DNA from: Deltaproteobacteria bacterium
GTDB taxonomy: Bacteria; Myxococcota_A; Bradymonadia; REDH01
Length of the DNA: 64,000 nucleotides
Direction of reading: 5' to 3'
Assembly (NCBI GenBank): GCA_007693585.1
Contig: REDH01000113.1
Location: forward strand, 2,500-66,499
The notes below the pieces were generated by a model. It had not been told where the DNA came from. It saw only the letters and a program-made list of their open reading frames with translations, and searched no databases. Of this stretch, positions 27,030-35,995 are shown piece by piece. Numbering within the stretch: the stretch's first letter is position 1; each line of letters begins with the position of its first letter. Made by a program: the position numbers and the translations under genes.

Positions 27030-27934
27030 TCGGCAGGCCTCTGGAACACGAGGGCGCACCACTCGCCCATCACCGGCGCGTCCACGAGCTCCATCCCCCG
27101 GCCCGCGAACGCATCCTCCACCCCGGCTCGTTCGGTGACGAGGATCCCGCTCAGAACGAGGTGCCCTCCGGGCATGACGAGCCGATACAGATGCTCCCGA
27201 ATCGCCAGGAGGACGTGTGGAAGGATGTTGGCGAGCACGAGCTCGGCCGGCTCGTCGAGGTCCGAGACCTGCGTGTCGGGAAAGGAGATCGACGACGCGA
27301 CGCCATTCAGCCGGGCGTTCTCCCGCGCGATGACGAGCGCGTGCGGATCGTTCTCGACCCCGACCACGCGCTGCGCGCCGAGATGCGCTGCAGCAATGGC
27401 CAGGATGCCGCTTCCTGTGCCGACATCGAGGACCGACCGCGTCCTCTCCTTCAGTCGCTCGTCGAGCGCGCGGATGCAGAGCCGCGTCGTCTCGTGGGTC
27501 CCCGTCCCGAACGCCATGCCTGGCTCGACCATCACGAGGCGGACACGCTCGGGCGCCTCGGGCACATCCCACGGAGGGTGCACGATGATGCGGGGCGAGA
27601 CCCGGGCCGGCCGGAAGAACTCCTTCCAGGTGTGCATGAAGGAGAGGTCGTCGATCTCCCAGGCCGCGATGTGGAGTCCGTCGAGGGAGGGCAGCACCCG
27701 CCGCACGTCCTCTTCGAAGGCAGGCGCCGATGTCCCGGACCGATGGATTCGCCAGCGCACCGCGCCGGCCGCCCGCGGTCGCGGGTCCTCCACCAGCTCG
27801 CTCCAGGTCTCGTCGTCCTGCCGCTCCACGCCCTGGGGCTCCAGCGCCCAGAGTGCGCTCTCGACAAGGGCCTCCCCGAGTTCGTCGCCCTGATCGAGCG
27901 TGATCTGCACGCAGCTGAGTGAGTCGAGGGTCAT
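27026..27934 (-). CDS. prmA: Ribosomal protein L11 methyltransferase
   Basis: WKEFFRPARVSPRIIVHPPW, EPGMAFGTGTHETTRLC and VLDVGTGSGILAIAA motifs. Start at MTLDSL (27934). Confidence 0.85.
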   Translation of the reverse strand: MTLDSLSCVQITLDQGDELGEALVESALWALEPQGVERQDDETWSELVEDPRPRAAGAVRWRIHRSGTSAPAFEEDVRRVLPSLDGLHIAAWEIDDLSFMHTWKEFFRPARVSPRIIVHPPWDVPEAPERVRLVMVEPGMAFGTGTHETTRLCIRALDERLKERTRSVLDVGTGSGILAIAAAHLGAQRVVGVENDPHALVIARENARLNGVASSISFPDTQVSDLDEPAELVLANILPHVLLAIREHLYRLVMPGGHLVLSGILVTERAGVEDAFAGRGMELVDAPVMGEWCALVFQRPAE

Positions 27935-28038
27935 CGCGGACGAGCTCCGGTCCAGGGGGTGGGGCACACGGCACGCGGGAGGCATGCCGGTTCAACGCGT
28001 CGGAAGCGTACCGGTGTGGCTGCGCATCGCGCAAGCAA

Positions 28039-28054
28039 TGCGAGTTCCGTGCCA
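28039..28054 (-). promoter_or_regulatory. Sigma-54 (-24/-12)-like element TGGCACGGAACTCGCA on the minus strand
   Basis: Matches TGGCACG-N4-TTGCW with one mismatch and correct GG/GC spacing. Lies about 105 nt upstream of the prmA start and points toward it. Confidence 0.3.
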
Positions 28055-28405
28055 CTTTTGGACCCCACAGGGGAACGTCCCCGCACGGTGCGCGGAAGCA
28101 CGAAACGAAGAAGTTCGACAACATTGACTTTGCCAGACTTTTGTTTTCCCTGCAGTTTCGACGCCATTACAGGACATTCAGCCCCACGGCCGCAATGAAT
28201 GGCCCGTGCGACCCCTCTTCGGCGCTTCGGTGCCGACGAACCATCACATGCTGCCTCTCATGCACGCTCATGCTACCGGTTCTCCTGCCTTTTCATCGCC
28301 CCAAAGCTTCTCGCGAACGGGCTCGAATGCATTCACCGAGAACGAATCACGCGGTTTCGTCAAGATATTTTTCGCCCCAATTCGGGCCGGGAAATTCCCG
28401 CTTGA

Positions 28406-28816
<411 letters not shown>

Positions 28817-28907
28817 CCCCTCGCGGCGCCGCGCACGTCCGGCGGTGTCGAGCCCCCTATCTGTTCCTCGCGGCTGCGGCCGCTCACCTTCTCATGGAGT
28901 ACCCGCC

Positions 28908-30338
28908 ATGTCGTTCAAGAATGCAAAGACCCCCAAGGACATCGTCTCCCTCGCCAAGAAGGAGGGGGTCGAGATGGTCGACCTCAAATTCCTCGACATC
29001 CCCGGCACCTGGCAGCACACCGGCATGCCGGCCGACCAGCTCGACGAGGACGTCTTCGAGGACGGTGTGGGCTTCGACGGCTCCTCCATCCGCGGGTGGA
29101 AGAGCATCGAGTCCTCCGACATGGTCATCAAGCCCGATCCCGGCACCGCGCACATCGATCCATTCTACGCGCGGAAGACCCTCAGCCTCACGTGCAACAT
29201 CTTCGACCCGATCACCGGCCAGGCCTACGAGCGTGACCCGCGTGGCGTGGCCATCCGGGCCGAGAAGTACCTTGAGGCGAGCGGCATCGCCGAGACTGCG
29301 TACTTCGGACCCGAAGCCGAGTTCTTCCTCTTCGACGACGTGCGCTTCGACCAGACCGCCAACGCCGGCTTCTACAAGGTCGACTCGGTGGAAGGCCGCT
29401 GGAACTCCGGCCGCGACGAGGCACCCAACCTCGGCTACAAGCCCCGCATGAAGGGCGGCTACTTCCCTGCACCCCCCTTCGACCACCATGGCGACATCCG
29501 GCACGACATGGTCGCCGAGATGAAGAAGGTCGGCATGACCGTCGAAGCCGAGCACCACGAGGTCGCCAGCGGCGGACAGTGCGAAATCGACATCCGCTTC
29601 GATACGCTCCTGACGACCGCCGACCACCTCCAGTGGTTCAAGTACATCGTCAAGAACGTCGCGCACCGCCACAACAAGGCCGCCACCTTCATGCCCAAGC
29701 CCCTCTTCGGGGACAACGGATCCGGCATGCACACCCACATCAGCCTGTGGAAGGAGGGCAAGCCCCTCTTCGCCGGCGACAAGTACGCCGGACTGAGCGA
29801 CATGGCGCTGCACTTCATCGCCGGTATCCTGCACCACGGCAAGGCCCTCGTCGCCATCACCAACCCCACCACCAACTCCTACCGACGGCTGGTGCCCGGA
29901 TACGAGGCCCCCATCAGCCTCGCCTACTCCTCCCGCAACCGCTCGGCCTCCATCCGCATCCCCATGTACAACGCCTCCCCGAAGGCGAAGCGCATCGAGT
30001 TCCGGACCCCCGACCCGTCCTGCAACGGCTACCTCGCCTTCTCTGCCCTGCTCATGGCGGGCCTCGACGGCGTCGAGCGCAGGCTCGACCCGGGTGACCC
30101 GATGGACAAGGACATCTACTCCCTCTCCCCCGAGGAGCGGGCCGGCATCCCCGCCGTCCCCGGAACCCTCGAGGAGGCCCTCGACGCCCTCGACGCCGAC
30201 CACGACTTCCTCCTGAAGGGTGACGTCTTCAGCGAAGACCTCATCGAGTCCTACCTCGCGTACAAGTACGACAATGAGGTCCAGGCGGCCCGCCTGCGCC
30301 CCACTCCGGTCGAGTTTGACCTCTACTTCGACTGCTGA
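28908..30338 (+). CDS. glnA: Glutamine synthetase, type I
   Basis: [68 protein letters not shown] and SASIRIP motifs. GGAG precedes the ATG at 28908. Confidence 0.95.
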   Translation: MSFKNAKTPKDIVSLAKKEGVEMVDLKFLDIPGTWQHTGMPADQLDEDVFEDGVGFDGSSIRGWKSIESSDMVIKPDPGTAHIDPFYARKTLSLTCNIFDPITGQAYERDPRGVAIRAEKYLEASGIAETAYFGPEAEFFLFDDVRFDQTANAGFYKVDSVEGRWNSGRDEAPNLGYKPRMKGGYFPAPPFDHHGDIRHDMVAEMKKVGMTVEAEHHEVASGGQCEIDIRFDTLLTTADHLQWFKYIVKNVAHRHNKAATFMPKPLFGDNGSGMHTHISLWKEGKPLFAGDKYAGLSDMALHFIAGILHHGKALVAITNPTTNSYRRLVPGYEAPISLAYSSRNRSASIRIPMYNASPKAKRIEFRTPDPSCNGYLAFSALLMAGLDGVERRLDPGDPMDKDIYSLSPEERAGIPAVPGTLEEALDALDADHDFLLKGDVFSEDLIESYLAYKYDNEVQAARLRPTPVEFDLYFDC

Positions 30339-30367
30339 GCTTCGACACAGCGACCGCCGTTCGACAT

Positions 30368-30410
30368 GCGCCGCCCCGGGCTCGACCCGAGGCGGCGCTT
30401 CGCATTTCTT
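30368..30410 (+). terminator. Intrinsic terminator-like hairpin downstream of glnA
   Basis: Stem GCGCCGCC (30368-30375) / GGCGGCGC (30391-30398), followed by TTCGCATTTCTT. Starts 30 nt after the glnA stop. Confidence 0.55.
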
Positions 30411-30568
30411 CGGCCCCCTCCCGCATCCATGCCATCGCGCCCACGGCACCACCACGGCTTGCGCGTTCGGAACGAGGCGCTCCGGCGCCTTCACCTGCTC
30501 GATGACAGGAGACTCCCGGAGCGTCCCGCATCCTCGCCGAGGTCGGGAAACGAGAGAACACCGCCGAA

Positions 30569-31423
30569 TCAGTCGATGCCGAGGAACCGCTGGAGCGTCC
30601 CGCCAGCCAGCGCGCCCGTCACCTCGGTCGAAACACCGTCCGCCAGCAACAGCTCGACGAGACGCGGCACGGCCAGGACCCGCATTCCCGCCTCCGAACC
30701 GGTCGCGGCCACCACCCGCGAGAGCATGGACGGCCCAAGGCTGCGGACGAACTCCACCAGGTCCGCCGGCCGCCGTCCGCTGCCGCCGACCTGCATCATC
30801 CCGAGAATCCGCTGCCCCTCGAAGAAGCGGCGGGTTCGCCAGTCGAAGCCGCCCGCCACCACCCGCTCCGGGGCCATTCCCGCCTCCAGCAGCCGCGGAA
30901 CAACGTTCCTCAGCACCGGGAGCGGATCGGCCCCTCCCACCTCGAGGACCAGGCGTCCCTGGACCCGGCAGCAGGCACCCACAGCCTCCTCGACCCACTT
31001 GCCCGGCTGCGCCCTCCCCGCCCGCAGCACAACCAGGCCCTTCGGAGAGACGTCGACAAGTCTGGTGAACAGGTCCCCGTGCCAACGCTCGGGCAGCGTG
31101 TCCTCCGAGAGCAGCACCGCGGGGAGCACCCGAATCCCTTCGGCTTCGAGCATCGACTGCACCTTCTCCCGGTGACGCAGCGCCGAACACATCCACGCGT
31201 CCGTCGTACGGACGGGTGCGCGCGCACCCACGGGAACCACCGCCAGTCGAAGACCGAAGTGGGCCAGATCGGCCGCCCGAGCGGCATCGCTTACCCCGCC
31301 CGCCAGGATCTCCGCCCACGGATAGACGCCCACTCCTTCCGACGCCTCCCGGCCCCACTGCGATACCGGCATCACGGTCCCGAATCCCTGCAAGGCGCTG
31401 CCGACGCGGCAGCCACTGTCCAT
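30569..31423 (-). CDS. Hypothetical protein (weak TIM-barrel hydrolase-like C-terminus)
   Basis: Only plausible frame in this interval. The C-terminus ..LLADGVS..TGALAGGTLQRFLGID resembles amidohydrolase/TatD-like tails, but no HxH motif is present. Start is uncertain and an upstream GTG is possible. Confidence 0.45.
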   Translation of the reverse strand: MDSGCRVGSALQGFGTVMPVSQWGREASEGVGVYPWAEILAGGVSDAARAADLAHFGLRLAVVPVGARAPVRTTDAWMCSALRHREKVQSMLEAEGIRVLPAVLLSEDTLPERWHGDLFTRLVDVSPKGLVVLRAGRAQPGKWVEEAVGACCRVQGRLVLEVGGADPLPVLRNVVPRLLEAGMAPERVVAGGFDWRTRRFFEGQRILGMMQVGGSGRRPADLVEFVRSLGPSMLSRVVAATGSEAGMRVLAVPRLVELLLADGVSTEVTGALAGGTLQRFLGID

Positions 31424-31653
31424 CCGCGCGACGATGCGCACGCCTTCCACCGGGAGCAAGGGAGCGGAGCGGGCGCACCCCGACTGTGTCACCGCACGCT
31501 CCGCCGACCCGACTCCCGGCGCCCTGCCCCGGCGACTCCGCCCTCCGCAGCGACAGTTGACACGCCCCCCCGGCGTGGCGAGTGTTCCGGCCGCCTGCAT
31601 GCGCAGCCTCCACACGTGGACGCCCAGCCCAACCCTGCATCCCCCGGAGTACC

Positions 31654-32604
31654 ATGACCCAACCCAACCACACGCACGTGGCCATCCTCGGCTCCGGTGC
31701 GGCCGGTCTCACCGCCGCCATCTACGCCAGCCGGGCGCGCCTCGAGCCGGTGGTCTTCCACGGCCACCAGCCCGGCGGCCAGCTGACCATCACCACCGAC
31801 GTCGAGAACTTCCCGGGATTCGAGCACGGCATCATGGGTCCGGAGCTGATGCAGGTCATGACAAGGCAGGCCGAGCGGTTCGGGACACGGATGGTGCAGG
31901 CCTACGTCTCGCGCGTGGAGCTCGAGTCCTCCCCGAAGGTGCTGCACCTCGACGACGGCAGCACCTGGACCGCCGACACCGTCATCGTCGGCACCGGCGC
32001 GAGCGCCCGGCTGCTCGGGCTGGAGTCCGAATCCCACCTCATGGGGTACGGCGTATCCGCCTGCGCGACCTGTGACGGGTTCTTCTTCACCGACAAGAAG
32101 ATCGTTGTCGTCGGTGGCGGCGATTCCGCCATGGAGGAGGCCACCTTCCTCGCCAAATTCGCCTCCGAGGTGACCATCATTCACCGCCGGGACAGCTTCC
32201 GGGCATCCCAGATCATGCAGGAGCGCGCCCTGAACCACCCGAAGATCAAGGTGGTGTGGAACAAGGAAGTCACCGAGGTGCTCGGGGACCGCGAAGCGGG
32301 CGTGACCGCGGTCCGGCTGCGGGATACCGTCACCAGCGAGGTCTCGGACTTCCCCACGGAAGGCCTCTTCCTCGCCATCGGCCATGTGCCGAACACGGGC
32401 TTCCTCGGCGACACCCTGGAGAAGGACGAGTCGGGTTACCTCGTCGTCGAGCCAGGCACCACCCGGACGCGCATCCCGGGCGTCTTCGCCGCCGGTGACG
32501 TCGCCGACAAGAAGTACCGACAGGCGATCACCGCTGCGGGGACCGGCTGCATGGCCGCCCTGGACGCCGAGCACTGGCTGACCGAACACGGCCTCACGGA
32601 CTGA
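31654..32604 (+). CDS. trxB: Thioredoxin-disulfide reductase
   Basis: VAILGSGAAGLTAAIYA, redox centre CATCDG, VVGGGDSAMEEA, and FAAGDVADKKYRQAITAAGTGCMAALDAE. Confidence 0.95.
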   Translation: MTQPNHTHVAILGSGAAGLTAAIYASRARLEPVVFHGHQPGGQLTITTDVENFPGFEHGIMGPELMQVMTRQAERFGTRMVQAYVSRVELESSPKVLHLDDGSTWTADTVIVGTGASARLLGLESESHLMGYGVSACATCDGFFFTDKKIVVVGGGDSAMEEATFLAKFASEVTIIHRRDSFRASQIMQERALNHPKIKVVWNKEVTEVLGDREAGVTAVRLRDTVTSEVSDFPTEGLFLAIGHVPNTGFLGDTLEKDESGYLVVEPGTTRTRIPGVFAAGDVADKKYRQAITAAGTGCMAALDAEHWLTEHGLTD

Positions 32605-32686
32605 GCATCCAGGCCGGAACCTGCCCCGCAGCTCCACGCCGCAGTGCGCTGGCGCGCCCCCTTCCGTCCCCCCACGCACGGCGCTC

Positions 32687-34036
32687 ATGTCCCGAGACCA
32701 ACAGCACGACTCCACCCCCCTGGAGGACCCGGCCCAGCTCCGGCAGTACTTCGAGGAATCGTTCACGGCACGACACGAACGGGGCATCGGCACCGAGCAC
32801 GAGAAGTTCGGCTTCCACCGGGACACGGGACACCCCCTGGCCTACGAGGGCGAACACGGCATCGGCGCACTGTTCGACCGACTCGTCGAGCACGAGGGAT
32901 GGACCCCCATCCGCGACGGACAGCACGTGCTCGCCCTGGAACGCGACGGGGCAGCCGTCACCCTCGAACCGGGGGGGCAGCTCGAACTCAGCGGGGCTGT
33001 CACCCGCACCATTCACGAGACCGCGGCCGAGCTTCACCAGCACCTCGACGAGGTCGCACGACACGCCGAGCCACTCGGCCAGCAGTGGTGCCTCCTCGGC
33101 ATGAACCCCTGGGACGACCTCGATGATGTCCCCTGGATGCCCAAGAGCCGCTACAGCATCATGCGGCGCTATCTCCCGACGGTGGGACGACTCGCCCACT
33201 GGATGATGAAGATGACCTGCACCGTGCAGGCCAACTACGACTTCACGGACGAAGCCGATGCCATGGACATCCTGCGCACCGGCCTTCGACTCTCCCCCCT
33301 CGTCAGCGCCCTGTTCGCCAACTCCCCCGTCCAGCAGGGGCGTGCCACCGGCCTCGTCAGCAACCGGATGGCGATCTGGGAGGAGACGGACCCCGCGCGC
33401 TGCGGCGTGCCGCCCTTCATGCTCCGGGAGGACAGCAGCTTCGACGACTACGTCGAGTACCTCCTCGACGTGCCCATGTTCTTCATCCGCCGAAACGACG
33501 CCTACCTCGACCTGGCGGGAGAGTCGTTCCGGGCCTTCATGAAGGACGGCCTTCGCGGCCACACCGCCACGCTTGGTGACTTCGAACTTCACCTGTCCAC
33601 GGCCTTCCCCGAGGTCCGCATGAAGCGGTACATCGAGGTCCGAAGTGCGGACTGCGGGCCTGCCCCCTTCATCCTCGCGCTGCCTGCCCTGTGGAAGGGC
33701 ATCCTGTACGACGATGAAGCCCGGAGGCAGGCCGCCGCGCTCGTGCCGATGAAGAGCGCCGACGAGCTCCGCGCCCTCTTCGGCATCTGCCGGACCGAAG
33801 GCCTCTCCGGCCACTTCCGGGGACGGCCCATCAGGCACCTCGCCCTCGAACTCGTCCGGATCGCCGGCGACGGGCTCGATCGGCAGGCCGAAGGACACCC
33901 CAGCGAACGCTCCTTCCTCGACCCACTGCTCGGCGACGATGGAATGCCGCGGAACCCCGGAGACATGTTCCTGAGCGCCTGGCGCGCTCACGAGGGCGAC
34001 CGCGAGGCGATCCAGACCCACTTCTCCATCCGCTGA
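32687..34036 (+). CDS. gshA: Glutamate--cysteine ligase, plant/proteobacterial GCS2 (GSH1) type
   Basis: GTEHEKFGF, TLEPGGQLELSG, MPKSRYSIMRRYLP, TCTVQANYDF, FANSP and FPEVRMKRYIEVRSAD motifs. Confidence 0.85.
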   Translation: MSRDQQHDSTPLEDPAQLRQYFEESFTARHERGIGTEHEKFGFHRDTGHPLAYEGEHGIGALFDRLVEHEGWTPIRDGQHVLALERDGAAVTLEPGGQLELSGAVTRTIHETAAELHQHLDEVARHAEPLGQQWCLLGMNPWDDLDDVPWMPKSRYSIMRRYLPTVGRLAHWMMKMTCTVQANYDFTDEADAMDILRTGLRLSPLVSALFANSPVQQGRATGLVSNRMAIWEETDPARCGVPPFMLREDSSFDDYVEYLLDVPMFFIRRNDAYLDLAGESFRAFMKDGLRGHTATLGDFELHLSTAFPEVRMKRYIEVRSADCGPAPFILALPALWKGILYDDEARRQAAALVPMKSADELRALFGICRTEGLSGHFRGRPIRHLALELVRIAGDGLDRQAEGHPSERSFLDPLLGDDGMPRNPGDMFLSAWRAHEGDREAIQTHFSIR

Positions 34037-34042
34037 CGCATC

Positions 34043-35020
34043 ATGCCGCGCGTCCTGCTCCTGCATACCGGAGGCACACTGGGCATGCGGGGCACCCCGC
34101 TCGCACCGGACCAGTTCGCCGCCGACCTGACCAGCGACGTCCCCGAGCTCCTGCAGATCGCCGACATCGAGACCCGCATCGTCTGCAACCTCGACTCCAG
34201 CGACATCGGCCCGCCAGTGTGGGCGCAGCTTGTCGACATCATCGCCGCCGAGAGGGACCGCTGCGACGGTTTCGTGATCGTCCATGGCACCGACACCATG
34301 GCCTACACCGCGTCCGCCCTCTCCTTCGCCCTGGAGGGGCTGGACCGCCCCGTCATCCTCACGGGAGCCCAGAGGCCCCTTCGCGAGCTTCGCACCGATG
34401 CCCGGCGCAACCTTGCCGACGCCGTGGACCTCGCCTCCCGCCCCATCCCCGAGGTGGGCATCTGCTTCGATGGCCTGCTCCTGCGCGGTTGCCGCGCCAA
34501 GAAGACCCACATGCATGACTACCGGGCCTTCGACTCGCCAGGCTGCGAACCGCTCGCCCGGCTGGGAATCGATGTGCTCGTGGCACCTCACGTCCGCGAA
34601 CCCCTCGGGCCCTTCCGACCGTGTCCGGCCTTTGACCCGCATGTCCTCGTGGTGCACGTCACACCGGGCATGCCGACGAGCGCGCTGCACCCGTTGGTGC
34701 CTCCGGCGTCACTTCGCGGTGTCGTGCTCGTCACGTTCGGCGTGGGGACCGCACCCACCGCCCGGGATCCCGTTGCGCCGCTTGTCCGCGACTGGGTCGA
34801 GCACGGCATCGAGGTTCTCGTCATCACCCAGTCCGCCGGCTGGGTCGACCTGTCCCTCTACGAAAACTCGCGCGCCCTCGCGGACGCGGGCGCCATCGCA
34901 GGCGGGCGGATGACCATCGAAGCCGGCGTCACGAAGATGATGCACGCCCTCGCGCGATCGGATGATCCACAGGATCGACGCACCTGGCTCGAGCGCAACG
35001 TGGCCGGTGAACTCGGCTGA
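34043..35020 (+). CDS. ansA: L-asparaginase, type I
   Basis: N-terminal LLLHTGGTLGM, VIVHGTDTMAYTASALSF and PVILTGAQRP motifs. Confidence 0.85.
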   Translation: MPRVLLLHTGGTLGMRGTPLAPDQFAADLTSDVPELLQIADIETRIVCNLDSSDIGPPVWAQLVDIIAAERDRCDGFVIVHGTDTMAYTASALSFALEGLDRPVILTGAQRPLRELRTDARRNLADAVDLASRPIPEVGICFDGLLLRGCRAKKTHMHDYRAFDSPGCEPLARLGIDVLVAPHVREPLGPFRPCPAFDPHVLVVHVTPGMPTSALHPLVPPASLRGVVLVTFGVGTAPTARDPVAPLVRDWVEHGIEVLVITQSAGWVDLSLYENSRALADAGAIAGGRMTIEAGVTKMMHALARSDDPQDRRTWLERNVAGELG

Positions 35021-35110
35021 CAAGCCCCCAGTCTCCACGGGCCGCGCCTGGCGGGCGGACCCACCGACCGACAGGCCGGGCACCGCACACGCCCTCGCCG
35101 CGAGAACCCC

Positions 35111-35701
35111 CTAGAGGTCCGGACCCACGGGCATCCCCTCGGGAACGCACAGACCGTAGCCCGTGCGGCAGTCGCGGGTGCAGATCCCGAAACCCTCCCA
35201 GGGCGTCCCCGAGCAGTTCGACGGGCGACATGCCTCACGAATGTTCACGCAGCGATACCCGGGGTCGCAGGCGACCTCGGCATTGCACAGATGATAGCGA
35301 TAGCCAGGGGCCTCCGCGCCCTCGGAAGGACGAGCCTCCGCTGTGCCATCGCCCGCGTCGGCCGGCGGCGCCAAATGGCCCTCCTCCTCCTCGTCGCAGC
35401 GGCCCGGGCGGGCCACCTCGACATCGGCACACGCCGCTTCACACGCGTTCCCGTAGGTGCGCCCGTCCACGCCACAGACCGGCTCGTAGATCATCGGACA
35501 CACGCAGCCGTCGGCGGCTTCCATGGGCTCTGCGGGAGTCGACGGCATCTCCACGGGCTGCGAAGGCATCGGCTCCGCCTGCATCGCCTCGTCGCCGTCG
35601 GGAACCGAGGACGAACCCGGACAACCCCAGCCGCCGACCACGGCGAGCAACAACACGGACGACAGGATGGAAGTACGCTTGTGTTCCGTCAGCATGGACA
35701 T
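35111..35701 (-). CDS. Secreted/lipoprotein with a Kazal-type serine protease inhibitor domain plus a second Cys-rich module
   Basis: CVCPMIYEPVCGVDGRTYGNACEAACADVEVARPGRC fits the Kazal pattern (PVCG.DG.TY.N.C). Hydrophobic leader ends in GGWGC. Start MSML at 35701. Confidence 0.75.
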   Translation of the reverse strand: MSMLTEHKRTSILSSVLLLAVVGGWGCPGSSSVPDGDEAMQAEPMPSQPVEMPSTPAEPMEAADGCVCPMIYEPVCGVDGRTYGNACEAACADVEVARPGRCDEEEEGHLAPPADAGDGTAEARPSEGAEAPGYRYHLCNAEVACDPGYRCVNIREACRPSNCSGTPWEGFGICTRDCRTGYGLCVPEGMPVGPDL

Positions 35702-35825
35702 GGCTCCCGAGATTGAGGCGGCTTCACTCCCCGAGCGGCCGGACCGGGCCGGCGTCGGGTCATGCCGTGGGGTCGCACCCCCACCCCTGCCCGTCAATGA
35801 CGACGAAACGGTGCAGCATCTTCAC

Positions 35826-35970
35826 CCGGGGTGATCGCAAGGTCCGGAGCTCAGCCCGGCATGGCACCGATCGCCGGCCCGCATCCGAAGCAGGGACCAG
35901 TATCATGGGGGGCCACAGGGATGTGCCTCCAACCGGGAGGGGCGCATTGACGACTCTTCGACAGCCCTGC
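35826..35970. repeat. Conserved ~145-nt non-coding element, copy A (paralog of 42161-42305); possible structured RNA or cis-regulatory leader
   Basis: Direct hand alignment with copy B: long identical blocks separated by variable segments, with single-nt indels between blocks. Same position and orientation relative to a downstream minus-strand lipoprotein gene. Confidence 0.85.
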
Positions 35971-35995
35971 ACCTTCACCGCTCCCCGTTCCCCCG

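Noticed and set aside
26274-28124. 616-aa ORF spanning rsmE and running antisense or out of frame through prmA; likewise the 679-aa ORF 50218-52257 spanning murG into ftsW
   Set aside because: Only the C-terminal parts match RsmE and MurG. The extensions overlap PrmA and FtsW coding sequence in other frames and are compositionally junk. The internal ATGs give the canonical protein lengths and ATGA coupling.
28884-34690. Long minus-strand ORFs antisense to glnA (28884-31721, 945 aa) and gshA (32594-34690, 698 aa)
   Set aside because: The opposite strand encodes unmistakable GlnA, TrxB and GshA proteins. The antisense translations are Gly/Arg/Val junk without recognisable domains.
35851-35950. 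Small plus-strand ORFs inside the duplicated element (MAPIAGPH... in copy A; MAPCGGPH... in copy B)
   Set aside because: A single-nt indel in the G-run puts the downstream conserved nucleotide blocks in different frames in the two copies. Copy A ends after 29 codons, while copy B runs on for hundreds of junk codons.
35826-35970. Assigning the duplicated element to SRP RNA or to guanidine-I/III, TPP or cobalamin riboswitches, based on short matches (AGGUCCGGA, CCGGAC..ACCCGG, GGUGCC..CUGAG, GACCUUGC)
   Set aside because: Each resemblance covers only a few nucleotides. The required partner motifs are absent: the GNRA loop plus GGAAGCAGCC for SRP, the ACGR/GGGA cores for guanidine, the GAUCUGG..AAUGCCAGCG-type pyrimidine-sensor helix for TPP, and GCCACUG for B12. 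Two divergent copies next to lipoprotein genes also do not fit these classes.
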